Below are positions 12,997 through 25,600 of a DNA stretch of 64,000 nucleotides, one piece after another (the stretch's first letter is position 1; each line of letters begins with the position of its first letter). The position numbers were made by a program, and so were the translations under genes. The stretch lies in contig NC_134033.1 of NCBI RefSeq assembly GCF_964204645.1, positions 4,054,231 through 4,118,230 of the forward strand, given 5' to 3'. The notes under the pieces are model-generated. The model saw only the letters and a program-made list of their open reading frames with translations, had not been told where the DNA came from and did not search any database. The stretch comes from Tubulanus polymorphus. Its lineage: Eukaryota; Animalia; Nemertea.

Positions 12997-15818
12997 TCAG
13001 TCAGTATCGGGAGTCGTTTGAATGCAAACTGCTGGCTGCTGAACACCGAAATCTTGGTAATCCAAATCTACAAAAAAAAATCAATTGAAAATTAACATAC
13101 CGGTACGTGAACTGAACAGAGCAAGGCGCATCTTTGAAAGCTGGCCGAAGGTCGACCTTGCGACGCGACGCGATCGTCGCGTTGCGTCACAAGTGGCTGC
13201 ACAAGTCGGTTGCGACGCGATAAGCCTTTTTACAGTTTCCAGGCGCCATTTTTTTGGGTACCCGCCGGGTCCGCATTGTTGAAATTTTTGTCCCTATTTT
13301 ACTCCGGTTTAATTTTTTTATTTCGTTGATATCGTCTTCCCGATAATTCAACTTGAATTATTGCTCATCTCATTCAAAAGTTCGTAATTCTTACAAATTT
13401 TAATCTACATTTTTGAAGTTTTCAGGATCAATAGCCATCTATATGTGGTCCTATATACCTTTTACCGTTTTCAATTATCCGTATTAGTTTTTAAGTAGTT
13501 GCGAGTCAAACTTCCAAAACACGTTTTCCCGGGTCCCCTGCGTGCATCTATATATCAGGAAATTTCACAATTTCACCGGTCCCTACTTCGTTGAAAATCA
13601 ATTTTTTAAGTAACCAGAGAAATAAGGGCTCCTAGGTTTTTGAAAAATGGTAATTAAAGATATATATTCTCTAGGATTTGTCAAAATAAACGAAATAACC
13701 CAGGCGTTGCTTTAACCAGCTATCTAGGTTCGCAACAGAAATTATCATTTTGTCCAACATGTTTCATTCGATTCCAAAACTGCACGTACGGCTATACGAT
13801 TGCAAATGTGAAAGTCAGACATTTTCCGTATATTAAGGCTGCGAGTAGGGTGCTCCTCGGTGTTGAAACAAATACATCCAAAACAATTTAATTTGCAAAA
13901 GGATGAGTGTTAAATTTGTAGGCTTTAAGCGATCACTGTCTTGACAAAGATGGTAACCTTAATGGGAAGGAGCGGGGGTCCGGACTACCGACCCTCCAAA
14001 CCCGTAGTCTGTCCCTGTTTTACTAGAAATATATCTCTATTTACCATTTTTTTTCAAATAACTAGGTGCCCTTGTTTCCATAGTTACGGAAAATTTTGAT
14101 TTTAACAAAGTAGGACCGGTTGAATTGTCAAATTTCTTGATATAAATATGCAAACATGATACTCTAGAAAACGTGTTTTGGAAGTTTGACTCGCAACTAC
14201 TTAAAAACTAATACGGATAATTGAAAACGGTAAAAGGTATATAGGACCACATATAGATGGCTATTGATCCTGAAAACTTCAAAAATGTAGATTAAAATTT
14301 GTAAGAATTACGAACTTTTGAATGAGATGAGCAATAATTCAAGTTGAATTATCGGGAAGACGATATCAATGTTTATAACTTCACCAGTGCGCATTGTTGC
14401 ATTAACTTAACAAATGAGTGATATCATAAAAAAGTTTATTATCCGCCGAGTTCATCGATATTTTCACTTTGTTTCTATCTTTATCCAATCCAGAGATATG
14501 AACGAAATAGAAATATTAAACGGGGAAAAAATAGGGACAAAAAATTCAACAATGCGGACCCGGTGGGTACCCAAAAAAATGGCGCCTGGAAACTGTAAAA
14601 AGGCTTATTGTCAGCGACTGTGTGCGACTATTTGCTCTCCAGTCGCAAGAGCGCGTAGATCGGTTGCGATGGTCGCGTCGCGTCGCAGAAAGTAGAACAT
14701 GTGCGACTCATTGCGACTGGCGTTGCTGGCAGTCGCAAGGTAGCGTAGGTCGGTTGGTCGTTGCGACGCGATCGTCGCTGGCGGTCGCAGTAAGTCGCGT
14801 CGCAGTGAGTCGCAAGGCCGACCTACGCCCGGCTTTAGATAGCTGGGCGTAGGTCGGTCGTATTTCGCGGCGTAGTAATTAAGAATGGTATTTCCATCGA
14901 AATTGTGTTAAATAGGGTGGTAGATTTCTAACGGATTCCTGTAAGATCCGCCTACACTCACTCCAGCCGGTAGTATGGCCGATGACGTCGTAGTTGAAGA
15001 TGGACTTGACCTTGACCTCGATGACGCCGTCTGCGGGTACGTCCTTCATGATGAAGAACGCGCCGTATTTAGCGCGTTCGGTCGTTCGCCACGCCTCTTC
15101 TCCCGGCCATCGGTAATTCACTTCGTAAATGGCATTTCTAAAGATAAAAAGAAAACTGACTTGAAAGTTTATTGACGTCTTGAAGAATAACCCACATATT
15201 GCTCGATATTGTCGACAACGAATGATATACTATGAATGATATATTATCAAGGATCAAGAAAGTTATTTCTAATTTGAATATATCGACAATATTGAACGCC
15301 AACCAGTCCAGCCCCAATATCAATGACGTAGTACACACATCCACTCCCACAATATCCCGATTACCATTAAAATTCGCTATCATAAGGGTCATCTTGGTTC
15401 TATAACCAATACAATAACTTAAGGCTAGTCTCAAGATTTAGGAACACTTGTACTGAAGGTACGATGCGCAACTGATCCCAGAACGCCCCAAAACTTTTAT
15501 TGTAAAAATCTTCTTTCTTTGAATATGCTTCTACGTAAAAAATAAAACGCACAGTTATATGAAGAAAAGTCTATTTTCTAACTGCTTCGGGGTTACTCCT
15601 AAAACTCCATCATCAAAGAAACTTAAAACAAAAATGCTTCTACGTGCATCCCTCGGAAGAACTATTTCCATACCTGTAATTGTGAAATGTTAATTGCGTC
15701 CAGAATTTGTTTTTTTCGGTGAATCGGTACTGCATGTTACCGCGCACCGGACACGGTACCATTTTCCACGAATTCGGGATCCAGCCCGACGGAAGCTGCA
15801 TCGCGATATCGAAACCAC
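12997..15818 (-). CDS. Expansin-like protein (EXLX/YoaJ type; end of DPBB domain plus CBM63 domain), three 3' exons, 5' exons not found
   Basis: Exons 15818-15674, 15137-14962 and 13067-12997 have GT/AG boundaries and matching phases (2, then 1), a stop TGA and AATAAA right after. Spliced peptide: GFDIAMQLPSGWIPNSWKMVPCPVRGNMQYRFTEKNKFWTQLTFHNYRNAIYEVNYRWPGEEAWRTTERAKYGAFFIMKDVPADGVIEVKVKSIFNYDVIGHTTGWNLDYQDFGVQQPAVCIQTTPDTD*. It fits the expansin pattern FD...G.I...W..VPCP..GN..YRF.....W......N....I..V. Confidence 0.8.
13137..14837. mobile_element. GC-rich MITE (possibly PIF/Harbinger-like) interrupted by a foldback element, inside an intron of the expansin-like gene
   Basis: TIRs AAAGCTGGCCGAAGGTCGACCTTGCGAC / GTCGCAAGGCCGACCTACGCCCGGCTTT, with internal GTCGC/GCGAC motifs. 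Confidence 0.65.
13221..14607. mobile_element. Foldback-type non-autonomous DNA transposon with long (about 450 bp) inverted arms
   Basis: Ends TAAGCCTTTTTACAGTTTCCAGGCGCCATTTTTTTGGGTACCC and its reverse complement at 14565-14607. 13326-13528 is the reverse complement of 14167-14369. Confidence 0.85.
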
Positions 15819-16416
15819 CTTCAACAAAAACGAAATAAACATCATCGATCTATAAAACCAGGGACGTCTCATTACATTTCCCTGATAAAACCAACGAGGG
15901 ATTTCTGGTTAATTTAATGGGCCCAAGAGACCGGTTCCGTAGTCAGGACTTCAGACCAAAAGTGGTCATAACCGTTTGGTGCCCACCCGTTTTTCCCTCA
16001 AAAGGTCTTTAGTGCCCAAGGTATATGGCCGATGCAATTAAACAACGAGCTAGGATACTACTAAAATCATCATAACTTTTTAAAGTATGAAGATAGACAG
16101 ATAATCTTTACACCAAATGAAAGGTAACTTTCACAGCTATCAGATAATGCAGAATAACATATTACATATATATGATTACCCCAAAAATAATGACAAATCA
16201 CACCTCATAAAAATTTTTAAACTTCATGAAGAAAATACAATATTTTTTTGGCAAAAGTATATCTAAATGTCAAATAAAGAAACAAATCACACAAAATGGT
16301 ATATTTCCTAAGTTATATCCAAAAATCAAGCCATTTCCTCAATAAAGAAAAGGGTTAAACCTTAACACTGGTCTTAAATTATTAGATTGGCTATAGAATT
16401 AAGTTTGTCTTGGAAC

Positions 16417-19400
16417 TGTTGTGGAGTTGCTTTCGGTTCTCCAACAATGTTGCGGGGTTGAATTTCTCAACCAATTGTTGTGGGGGCCACGTTGCGTTCT
16501 CCCCTCGTGTTGTCGTTGTTGGTTCCGATTAATCCGATAAGTGATATCCCTCTGACTCCGGAATAATAACAACTCTTCTCGTGGGTCTACGTTCTTTCTT
16601 TATTTTCCCGCACAATTCTTATTCCTTCCTACAGCTCGTATTTTTAGGCTTCTCCGCCACTCTCGCATCTCTCTCCCCCTTACTGTGCTGACCCTCCCTT
16701 TTTATCTTATTTCATGTTACTCGTGACGTATACTTCTACATATGTTATACGTCACGAGTTTATTACTTGTTTACTTCCTAGCCATACCAGAGCCCAAGGC
16801 TGCCACTATAACCAGCAACCTTACGCAGATACTCACGTCACTTTCATCTATCTTCTATTCAGTGTCTTGTGTGCGACGTAAGCATCTACGTAGGTTGTTT
16901 ACTAACTTCAGCCACTGCCCTGAACTCTGGTTTCCCTCCCTCTATGCAAACTACTAATTTATCACCCCAATACTATCCTCCTCCCCAGACGATTGGTCCC
17001 CAATCGCCAAAAATTCACAAGACCCTATTGTAGTTTCCCAAAAAAAAAAAAACTTTTCAAAAGTGCACAGGCTTCAGAACATCATTTATAAGCAACATCT
17101 CTTACAACTTAAAGCCAGCCGCAGGGTAATGAAAATTACACAAAACCTTCAGAACATCAAGACTAATGATACACAACCACCATTCCGTACATCAATTTAC
17201 AACACCTGTAAAGTAGCCATAAATCACAATTTCTGACCCTTTCCCCTATTATCCCATCCCGCATAACTTCTACCTAAACTAAGCAACACACCCCACTCAT
17301 CATCAGTTCATCTGATTCATCAACGAGACCTACATGGACCCCATAGAATTTTACGGTAAGCAAAAAATATTTCTAAATACTTATAAACTTAACACACGAA
17401 CTTTATCTAAGGGAAAGTAATCATCTACAAATATCAAATATGAGACTCTTTTCATCAGTAATATATAACAATTATGAGGCATGTACATCTGTATATTGAT
17501 CTTACATTTAATAAGAACAAGCCTATACAATTGTAGTCATGCAAAAAAACATATCAAACACAACTTCCCAAATAGCTTTCATAGACAATCACCCATTTCT
17601 CTATATCCACATTTATGTAGTCTCATAATTTAACAATATATGACCAACCACTTCAACCTTCTGACTCTTCTCGTTCTCGTTATCTTTACCAAAAAAAAAT
17701 AATCAGTGTGTGCAGCCTAATTTGTCTTTAAAATTACCATTGCAAACACGTCAATTTCCCACTGTCCAAACTATCAGCCGTTACCTTAACCGATATCAGA
17801 TGATTTGTCAAACCTGTCCCGACCCCAATCAACGACGTAAATTAATACAGATGCCAGATACATCATTTAGTTGATTATTATGTGCCCAGCACACGTTGGC
17901 AACATACATGCTCAACAACGAATTCACAAACAATTTCATAATAATTTTTCTATGTGTACGTAACATAAAGGTAAGCCAAAACATACCAAAAATGAATATA
18001 CCGCATGCGTACATTCGCATTATTGAGATATCAGCTGCTAGTCCCCACCCATTTCCTCAGAAAGCACATTTATCCGTAGTCTAGGCAGGGATAACATGAA
18101 CTGCTATTTGCGGCTTGGAACCGTTGAAATAGACAGGCAGGCCGCCATATATTTATGGAAGGATGTCATAAAGTGACCACAAAACTCATTAAGATGCATC
18201 ACCCAAAAGTTAGGGAAAATTCCTCTGGACACTACTCATTCAGTGCCATTCAAACAGCCGATTCTCAAAAATTAACTTTAACTCCTGGGCCTATGGTCTT
18301 CCAAACCACCCACATCTGATATTCGAATTGTTCTAATTCCTTCCCGCAAATCAGGGGATATAACCCCACATGTAAAACGGCCGACGCCTCATCCTGTATA
18401 TAAACCGGTCAAGACGGACTGAAAGTTCGGAAAAAAACATAGCGCTCACACATCCCTGCAATCTACGACCATTCAGTTAAGATACCCAATCTACCGAATA
18501 ATACTTATCATACTTATTGTATTACGCAATGAGCAACCCTTTACTTCTAAAAAACCAATCCCCTGAATGGCCATTTCAGCATACCTAACAAATAGCTGTA
18601 TCGTGACATTTCTCATTTCCGTATCATCCCCCATGTCACGCCTTACCGGAGTAAAATAAAATCTATGGATAAATAGGGAACCGGCCGACGAATCACCCAT
18701 TTGGTATTTCTTGATATTCGACCCTAATTATGCCCAACATATATATCCAATCTCTCCCAGAGGCCAGCCACTAAACATTATACTGTTTCAAAGGATCTTC
18801 AGAATCCTTCGGGCTATAATCCCCCGTTTTATTCCGGACCATCCCTAGAGCATCCCTTACTCTTCATCCAGGTCCCTGGTCCACCTTAATTCATTTCATA
18901 TAAACAACTCTATTCAAACCCCCTCCGGTAAGATTCACCACTGAGCGCCCAATCTAACCTTTGCACAATAAACATATTCTATACTAACTCGCGATACTCA
19001 TTATATTTCTTAAAACCACATAAACACCACAGTTATTTGTTAGGTATATACAGGCAGTGAGCGCTTTCAACTATCGTTACACTGATAACCGAGTGGCTCA
19101 CCTAGACTAATAAATCATTCTTTCGCGAAATACCATCCAGCAAATTTAGCAAACTATAAAAGATTTACGTAGTGCATATTTATATCTACGTAGATACAAT
19201 AACCCAGCACACAAGCAAAAAACGCTGAGCATTATTCTATAAAAGCAACCAAAACATGCAGAAATACATATCATATTATTTACAATTACTATAAGCCGCA
19301 ATCGTAGTCCGTTGAACGTCTCCAAGGTCGATTTCCCGTAGCAGATCTATGAACTGTCCGATGATGAAATGCGTTTGTATAATGCCTCTAATACCCCACT

Positions 19401-20456
19401 GTATTTCATTTATCGCGTTACGATCGCAGAATCGCTTCGTTTCCGAACGCCATTATGTCCGTTAATTCACACGAATCTAAATTCGGAGTAGTGAATCCAA
19501 TTTTCTGCCATGTAAAACGTAGTGTCCAAAACACGATCTTACGAAAACGCCACACCAAATCGGATAATTCAATTAATTTAAATATGGAAAGAAACAACTA
19601 CTTTCCGCACTGGAAGCTCTATAATTCATTTCAACTGAATCTGACGATACGAAGATTACATATTTCTCGAATAAGACAAACAAACAGCTATTAAATCCAG
19701 ACGGGAATGATTTTTATACACAGATCGAGTTATCCGCAATATTTCAACTTAACCCGCGGTAGCGGCCCGTATTTCATGTAATTATAACGGTTACGGAATG
19801 TAACGTTCATCTTACACTTTTACTTCACCCCTGTTCACTCACCAAATATACACGATCGCTTGGCAGCGAGAGGTGCAGGATACACCACTGTTCTCCACCA
19901 ATGTTGTGGAGTTGCCTTCGGTTCTCCAACAATGTTGTGGGGTTGAGTTTCTCAACCAATTGTTGTGGGGGCCACGTTGCGTTCTCCCCTTGTGTTGTCG
20001 TTGTTGGTTCCGATTAATCCGATAAGTGATATCCCTCTGACTCCGGAATAATAACAACTCATCTCGTGGGTCTACGTTCTTTCTTTATTTTCCCGCACAA
20101 TTCTTATTCCTTCCTACAGCTCGTATTTTTAGGCTTCTCCGCCACTCTCGCATCTCTCTTCCCCTTACTGTGCTGACCCTCCCTTTTATCTTATTTCATG
20201 TTACTCGTGACGTATACTTCTACATATGTTATACGTCACGAGTTTATTACTTGTTTACTTCCTAGCCATACCAGAGCTCAAGGCTGCCGCTATAACCAGC
20301 AACCCTACGCAGATACTCACGTCACTTTCACCTATCTTCTATTCAGTGTCTTGTGTGCGACGTAAGCATCTACGTAGTTTGTTTACTAACTTCAGCCACT
20401 GCCCTGAACTCTGGCTTCCCTCCCTCTATGCAAACTACTAATTTATCACCCCAATA
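16417..20456 (-). mobile_element. Non-autonomous or decayed Gypsy-type LTR retrotransposon; LTRs at 16417-16972 and 19902-20456
   Basis: Two highly similar direct repeats of about 555 bp. On the minus strand a PBS TGGTGGAGAA (tRNA-Ala-like 3' end) follows the 5' LTR and a PPT GGGGAGGAGGA precedes the 3' LTR. The 2.9-kb interior has no long ORF and no TSD is visible. Confidence 0.88.
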
Positions 20457-21348
20457 GTATTCCATCAATTGTAGTGAGCAGTCCTGATTTATTATATACT
20501 TGAATTAACGGGTTAGAGATGTTCCAATCTGATATTTTGTAAACTTGCCAGAGTAGCTTCGACTTCAAACTACTTTCAATTTCAATACGTGCTTTGTTAG
20601 TTTTAGTATAAAACGATGAAGGCGGATGTCCGGTTTGTTCTCGTATAAGAGCTATAGGTTCACTGGTGCTGTTCCATCCGTCGGAAATTTGAGGACGAGT
20701 TTTCATCGGATCCTCACCTGGTCTTAATCTGAAATCTATCTGTATAAACGTTAAATTCATTGCAAACCCGTCTGGCATCCCGATCCATTCTAACAACAAT
20801 TTACAGCGGAGGGTAGAAATCATGAATTCATAACCTGTTTGAGTTGGTAATTCTTTTACTGCATGCTTGTGACATGTATATACAATTTTCAAGTGACTCT
20901 GTTCTTCAAACCGATATATGATGTTAACCCGACTACCTCGCGCTCCATCGACGTTACTCCTAAACAACAACGAAATCAAACCGTTACTGCGGATATCAAG
21001 TTGTTTTCTTCCATTAGCGCAGAGTTTGTTGCCGGACTCACCGACTAGAAGGTAGTTTTCGTTACAGAATATCGACGGCTCGATGTCGTAGTAAACTTGA
21101 ACGAGAAAACTTCCCGGTAAAGAGCTGTTGACGAACCAACGACATTCAACACCGCGCACTAACGACGGATAGTTCGGTGAAACGATGTAACCAGACGTAG
21201 AATCGACGGAGTATTGAGTGTTGTTACAAGATGAACTGACTGTAACAGACGCGGCTTCCTCGACAGAGTTTGCGCGATCAGCCCGCGTAAATATACAGTC
21301 TCCGCAAGCGATCAGTAAAACTACGAACAACGCTTTCATTCGCTGCAT
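20457..21348 (-). pseudogene. GRL101-like GPCR copy 1: exon 1 only (signal peptide plus CUB), truncated by the LTR element
   Basis: Paralogous to exon 1 of the other copies up to ...GLLTTIDGI, where it runs into the LTR; exons 2-3 are absent. Confidence 0.85.
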
Positions 21349-21889
21349 ATTGAACACAATTCACGCTTCAAAACAAACACATTTCTAACTATTTCTAAGT
21401 TTGCGCGACATTTCTCATAAGAGTGGCTGCAAAGTAATGACGAATTCGCAAATGTTTAAAGTTGACGAATTAATTGAGTCCAATTATTTTGTATAAAAAC
21501 TCTCCCATCAAACTGGCGCCAGTCTCGTATTTGTAAAACTTTCATCTGTTCTCGGTTTCGCTGTAATTACCGCGGCTTCTAAATTTAGACGTGCTTCAAT
21601 ATATCGTGTCTATAATCGTGTGCGATTATTTCGCTAAAAATATTTACTGTCGCTCCCGAACTGCGTTTTGATATCCGAACCAGTTTTTGATAAGGTTCGA
21701 TGATATTTTCTATCTATACTTCAGAATATTCTGCGTCTCTGTAAAAGACTTCGTCAATATCTGTTTTGACAATTCACACTCTACAGTCAATATAATAACT
21801 GAGTTGAAGCTAGATGAAGCGCGTGGATATCTGATTGTGGCGGGTAAGGACTTGTTCTGTGCAGACTTTTTGAGGAAACAACTCAATCC

Positions 21890-22200
21890 AAGTAAGACGA
21901 CGATGACAGCGGTAGAATTGAAACCGTGCTTATAACGAACCAACAAATACAGCAAATACCGATAACGTATTTCGGAGTTATAATCGGACTTCTAGAAAAC
22001 GGGTTGACGATATTTGAATATCTCTGACGAGTTAGAATTAAGAGAAAAGTTAACAGTGGTAGAATAGAAACTGTGCTTATAACGAACCAACAAATACAGC
22101 AAATACCGATAACGTATTTCGGAGTTATAATTGGACTTGTAGAAAACGGGTTGACGATATTTGAATATCTCTAACGCGTTAGAATTAAGAGAAAAGTTAA
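21890..22200 (-). pseudogene. Two tandem copied fragments of the receptor TM3-ICL2-TM4 coding sequence
   Basis: Matches 26926-27089 (AAGTAAGACGACGATGACAGCGGTAGAAT...GAAAGTTAA); single copies are also at 32906-33060 and 52827-52982. Confidence 0.85.
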
Positions 22201-22629
22201 AGTAGCCTATATTTATTCATCTTGACTTGAATTCATAAATACAAATAACAGTATTTCCTGCTTGGCTGCTGCTGTTGCTGCTGTTGCTGGTGCTAAGACA
22301 GTTCTAGCAAGTTACAGACAATGGGTATTTGATTTATTGAATGGATTGCATATTTCCTATGATGATATCATCTTAATTCATTTTATTTGATGAAATCAAT
22401 TGCAAATAGTTCTAAGATTCGTGCTTGATTCCAGTGACAATTCGAGTTATAGACAATGGAAATGTAATTAACAGATTGTATTGCAAAGTGATTTTTCTGC
22501 TAATTCAATTTTGAAAGGATTTAATTTACTGTATAGAAATATCATTTTAACGAGGACGTGTAGAATATCTGATATTAAATCTACTTCATATATTAGTTAG
22601 GTTTCTGAAGTTAAGATACTAACAGGGCC

Positions 22630-25600
22630 AGTCCGGTATTATCTAGCCAGTGGTGTAGGTGTCCATTGAACCGCATTATGACAAACTCAGTTCATATTGT
22701 GGCCTGTTCTTGTCCTCGATCTTTGAAATCATGTAGTACGTGTTCGATTTGAATTGAACCAATTCTGATGATTCATTCGTAACATACGTTGAATTCACTA
22801 TACACGCGCATATATGTCCAGTCCTTACGTGAGGTTACGTAAGTGAAAAGGGAGATCTATAAGTTTTTTTCCACTAATTTAGAGACTAATTTGCGAAGTT
22901 GCCGAGGGATGCTTTCGACAATTCACATCTCGTGTAAAATTAGTCTACTTGACTCCCTATCTCTGGGATCTCACTCGGGCATCCAACCTAAACTTAAAAA
23001 TTAATTCTTCCAGTCAGAACTGAAATATGAAATTGTTGTTTTTCAGATTAGTCATTCCTCACTCAGGACCTGATTGCTGCCAATACAAGACTCCAGGCTT
23101 TTCTAAAAAATCCATGATGCATCACACAGAAATTGGTGGTGAGTAGATTTGTGGGTTTTTGATAATGGATATAACAGATTACATTGTACATGTATCGAGG
23201 CAAATTTAAAATTATTATTGAGATCAATACTTTTTTCAGATAAGCTCTACTTCCTCGGGACCTGATTGCTGTCAGTGCGTGCTGGACTTAACCAACAAGA
23301 CGGGACATATTTTAGTGCTGTAACTTGGGTGTCAAATCTCCCAATGAAACGATAACTGATCGTTATAATCCATGAAGTTCCACTCATGAATTGGTGAGAA
23401 GACATTTTAATTTCAATTTTAAATGTCAAACTTAAGTTAGGTCGGATTCAAGCTGATTCAAGTCAAATTAAACACTTTAGTTGCTTTTTCAGAGAAGATC
23501 TTCCTGAGCAGGATCTGATTGTTGACTAAACCGACAAATACAGTTTCCAGATTCCAGACCTTCCTCACTTCATTAGGACCTGATTTTGTTTTAAAACAAA
23601 AAACAACCTTTATAGGAAATTTATTAGAACACGTTCAGAAAAAATAAAATCAAAATACAACTCGTACAAAAATCTCATTTCAAAGCTTATTAACAAAGCC
23701 GAATCTAATTATTATTCTGAAAAATTGCTCGCTGCTGGAAATGATATGAAAGAAAAGTGGAAACTGTTGAACACAGTTTTAGGTAGAAACATTTATTCTA
23801 AAATGCCTAATTCTTTTACTTCTGATCAACGTGTTATTTCTGGTAATATAAACATCGCCAACGAGTTTAACAATTTTTTTGCAAATATTGGTGAAAGGCT
23901 TGCTACTCAAATCCCTGATACAGGGCAATCCTTTCATCAATATATGAATAAACGTGTCAATGAAAGTCTATTTCTCTTTCCGACTTCACCTCATGAAATA
24001 AGTGATGTGGTCTCGGGTTTCCCCTTAAAGAAGAGTGCCGGTGTCGATGGTTTGAGTATTTTTGTTATAAAACAGGTGATTGACATCATTAAGTTCCCTT
24101 TATCCCATATCTTTAACCGTAGTCTTCAGACTGGAATAGTTCCCAATGAACTCAAAATTGCGAAAGTTTGTCCTTTGTTTAAATCCGGAGCCCCTAATTC
24201 TTTAAATAATTATCGACCCATATCTTTGCTTCCTAGCTTCTCAAAAATTCTGGAAAAACTAGTTTACAACAGATTGGTTTCCTTTTGTAACAAACAGGAT
24301 ATTGTAACCCCCGACCAGTTTGGCTTTCGTTCAAAACATTCAACAGATTTGGCATTAACCAAGGTTGTTGATAATCTTTCTGAAGCCTTGGAAAATAAGA
24401 ATATTACTATTGGATTATTCTTGGACCTGTCTAAGGCATTCGACACCGTTAACCATGACATTTTGTTAATGAAGCTTGATTATTACGGAATCCGAGGTGT
24501 TCCTCATGATTGGTTTAAAAGCTACCTGACTGACAGGAGTCAAGTTTTAAGTTTCAACAATACCTTATCGTCTCCATTAAATGTATCAATTGGTGTACCC
24601 CAGGGTTCTATTCTAGGCCCTTTGTTATTTTTATTATACGTTAACGATTGCATAAATGCGTCCAAATTACTCCATTTTATCCTCTTTGCCGATGACACGA
24701 ATTGTTTTTATAGTAACTCTAATATCAAAGAATTGGTTTCCATAGTAAATTCTGAACTGGCGAAACTTGGCATCTGGTATCAAGTAAACAAACTTTCAAT
24801 AAATATTGCGAAATGCCACTTTATGATTTTTGGTCGTGTAGATCACTTTAATTCTTCCATTTGGTTAAATGGAGAATTAATCAAACGTGTACATAGTACG
24901 AATTTTCTTGGTCTTTTTATAGATGACAAATTAAATTGGGATGTCCATATCAAATATGTCTGCAGTAAAGTGTCACGCTCCATTGGAATTTTAACCAGAT
25001 TAAAAAAGCATTTCCCATCAAATATCCTTATTACCCTTTATTATAGTTTTGTTTATCCTCATTTACAATATTGTAATTTAATCTGGGGAAGTAATTATGC
25101 AAACAAGCTAAATCCACTTATTCTACTACAAAAAAAGAGCAGTAAGAATAGTTAATAAGTCTCATTTCCTAGAACACACTGACCCTATCTTCAAAAAATT
25201 GAATATCCTAAAATTTAGACATATTACAAAATTTCATTTAAGTCTATTTATGTTCAAATTCAATAATTCAAAATTGCCAAATTCCTTTAATCGGTATTTC
25301 AAAAAGAATGTTGATATACACTCGTATTCAACCAGAAATATGAATTCTTTTCGTGTTGCCAGATTTCGGACTAACAAAACACAATTCACAGTAAAAATTT
25401 CTGGTCCTGTTGTCTGGAATAATTTGCCAAAAAGTTTAAAACAACTGTCGTGTATAGATACTTTCAAAAGAAAACTTAAATTGTATCTAATGAATTTGTA
25501 ATTAATCTGTCTGTATCTGCCATCTATTACCAGATTGTAAGAGTGAATGAAAGATAGTGTGATTGACCGCCTGAGTGACTACGTGTGTGGGTGCATGTTT

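Noticed and set aside
14879-14961. C-terminal read-through part of ORF 14879-15121
   Set aside because: A strong GTGAGT donor at 14961 and an in-phase terminal exon at 13067 explain the gene better.
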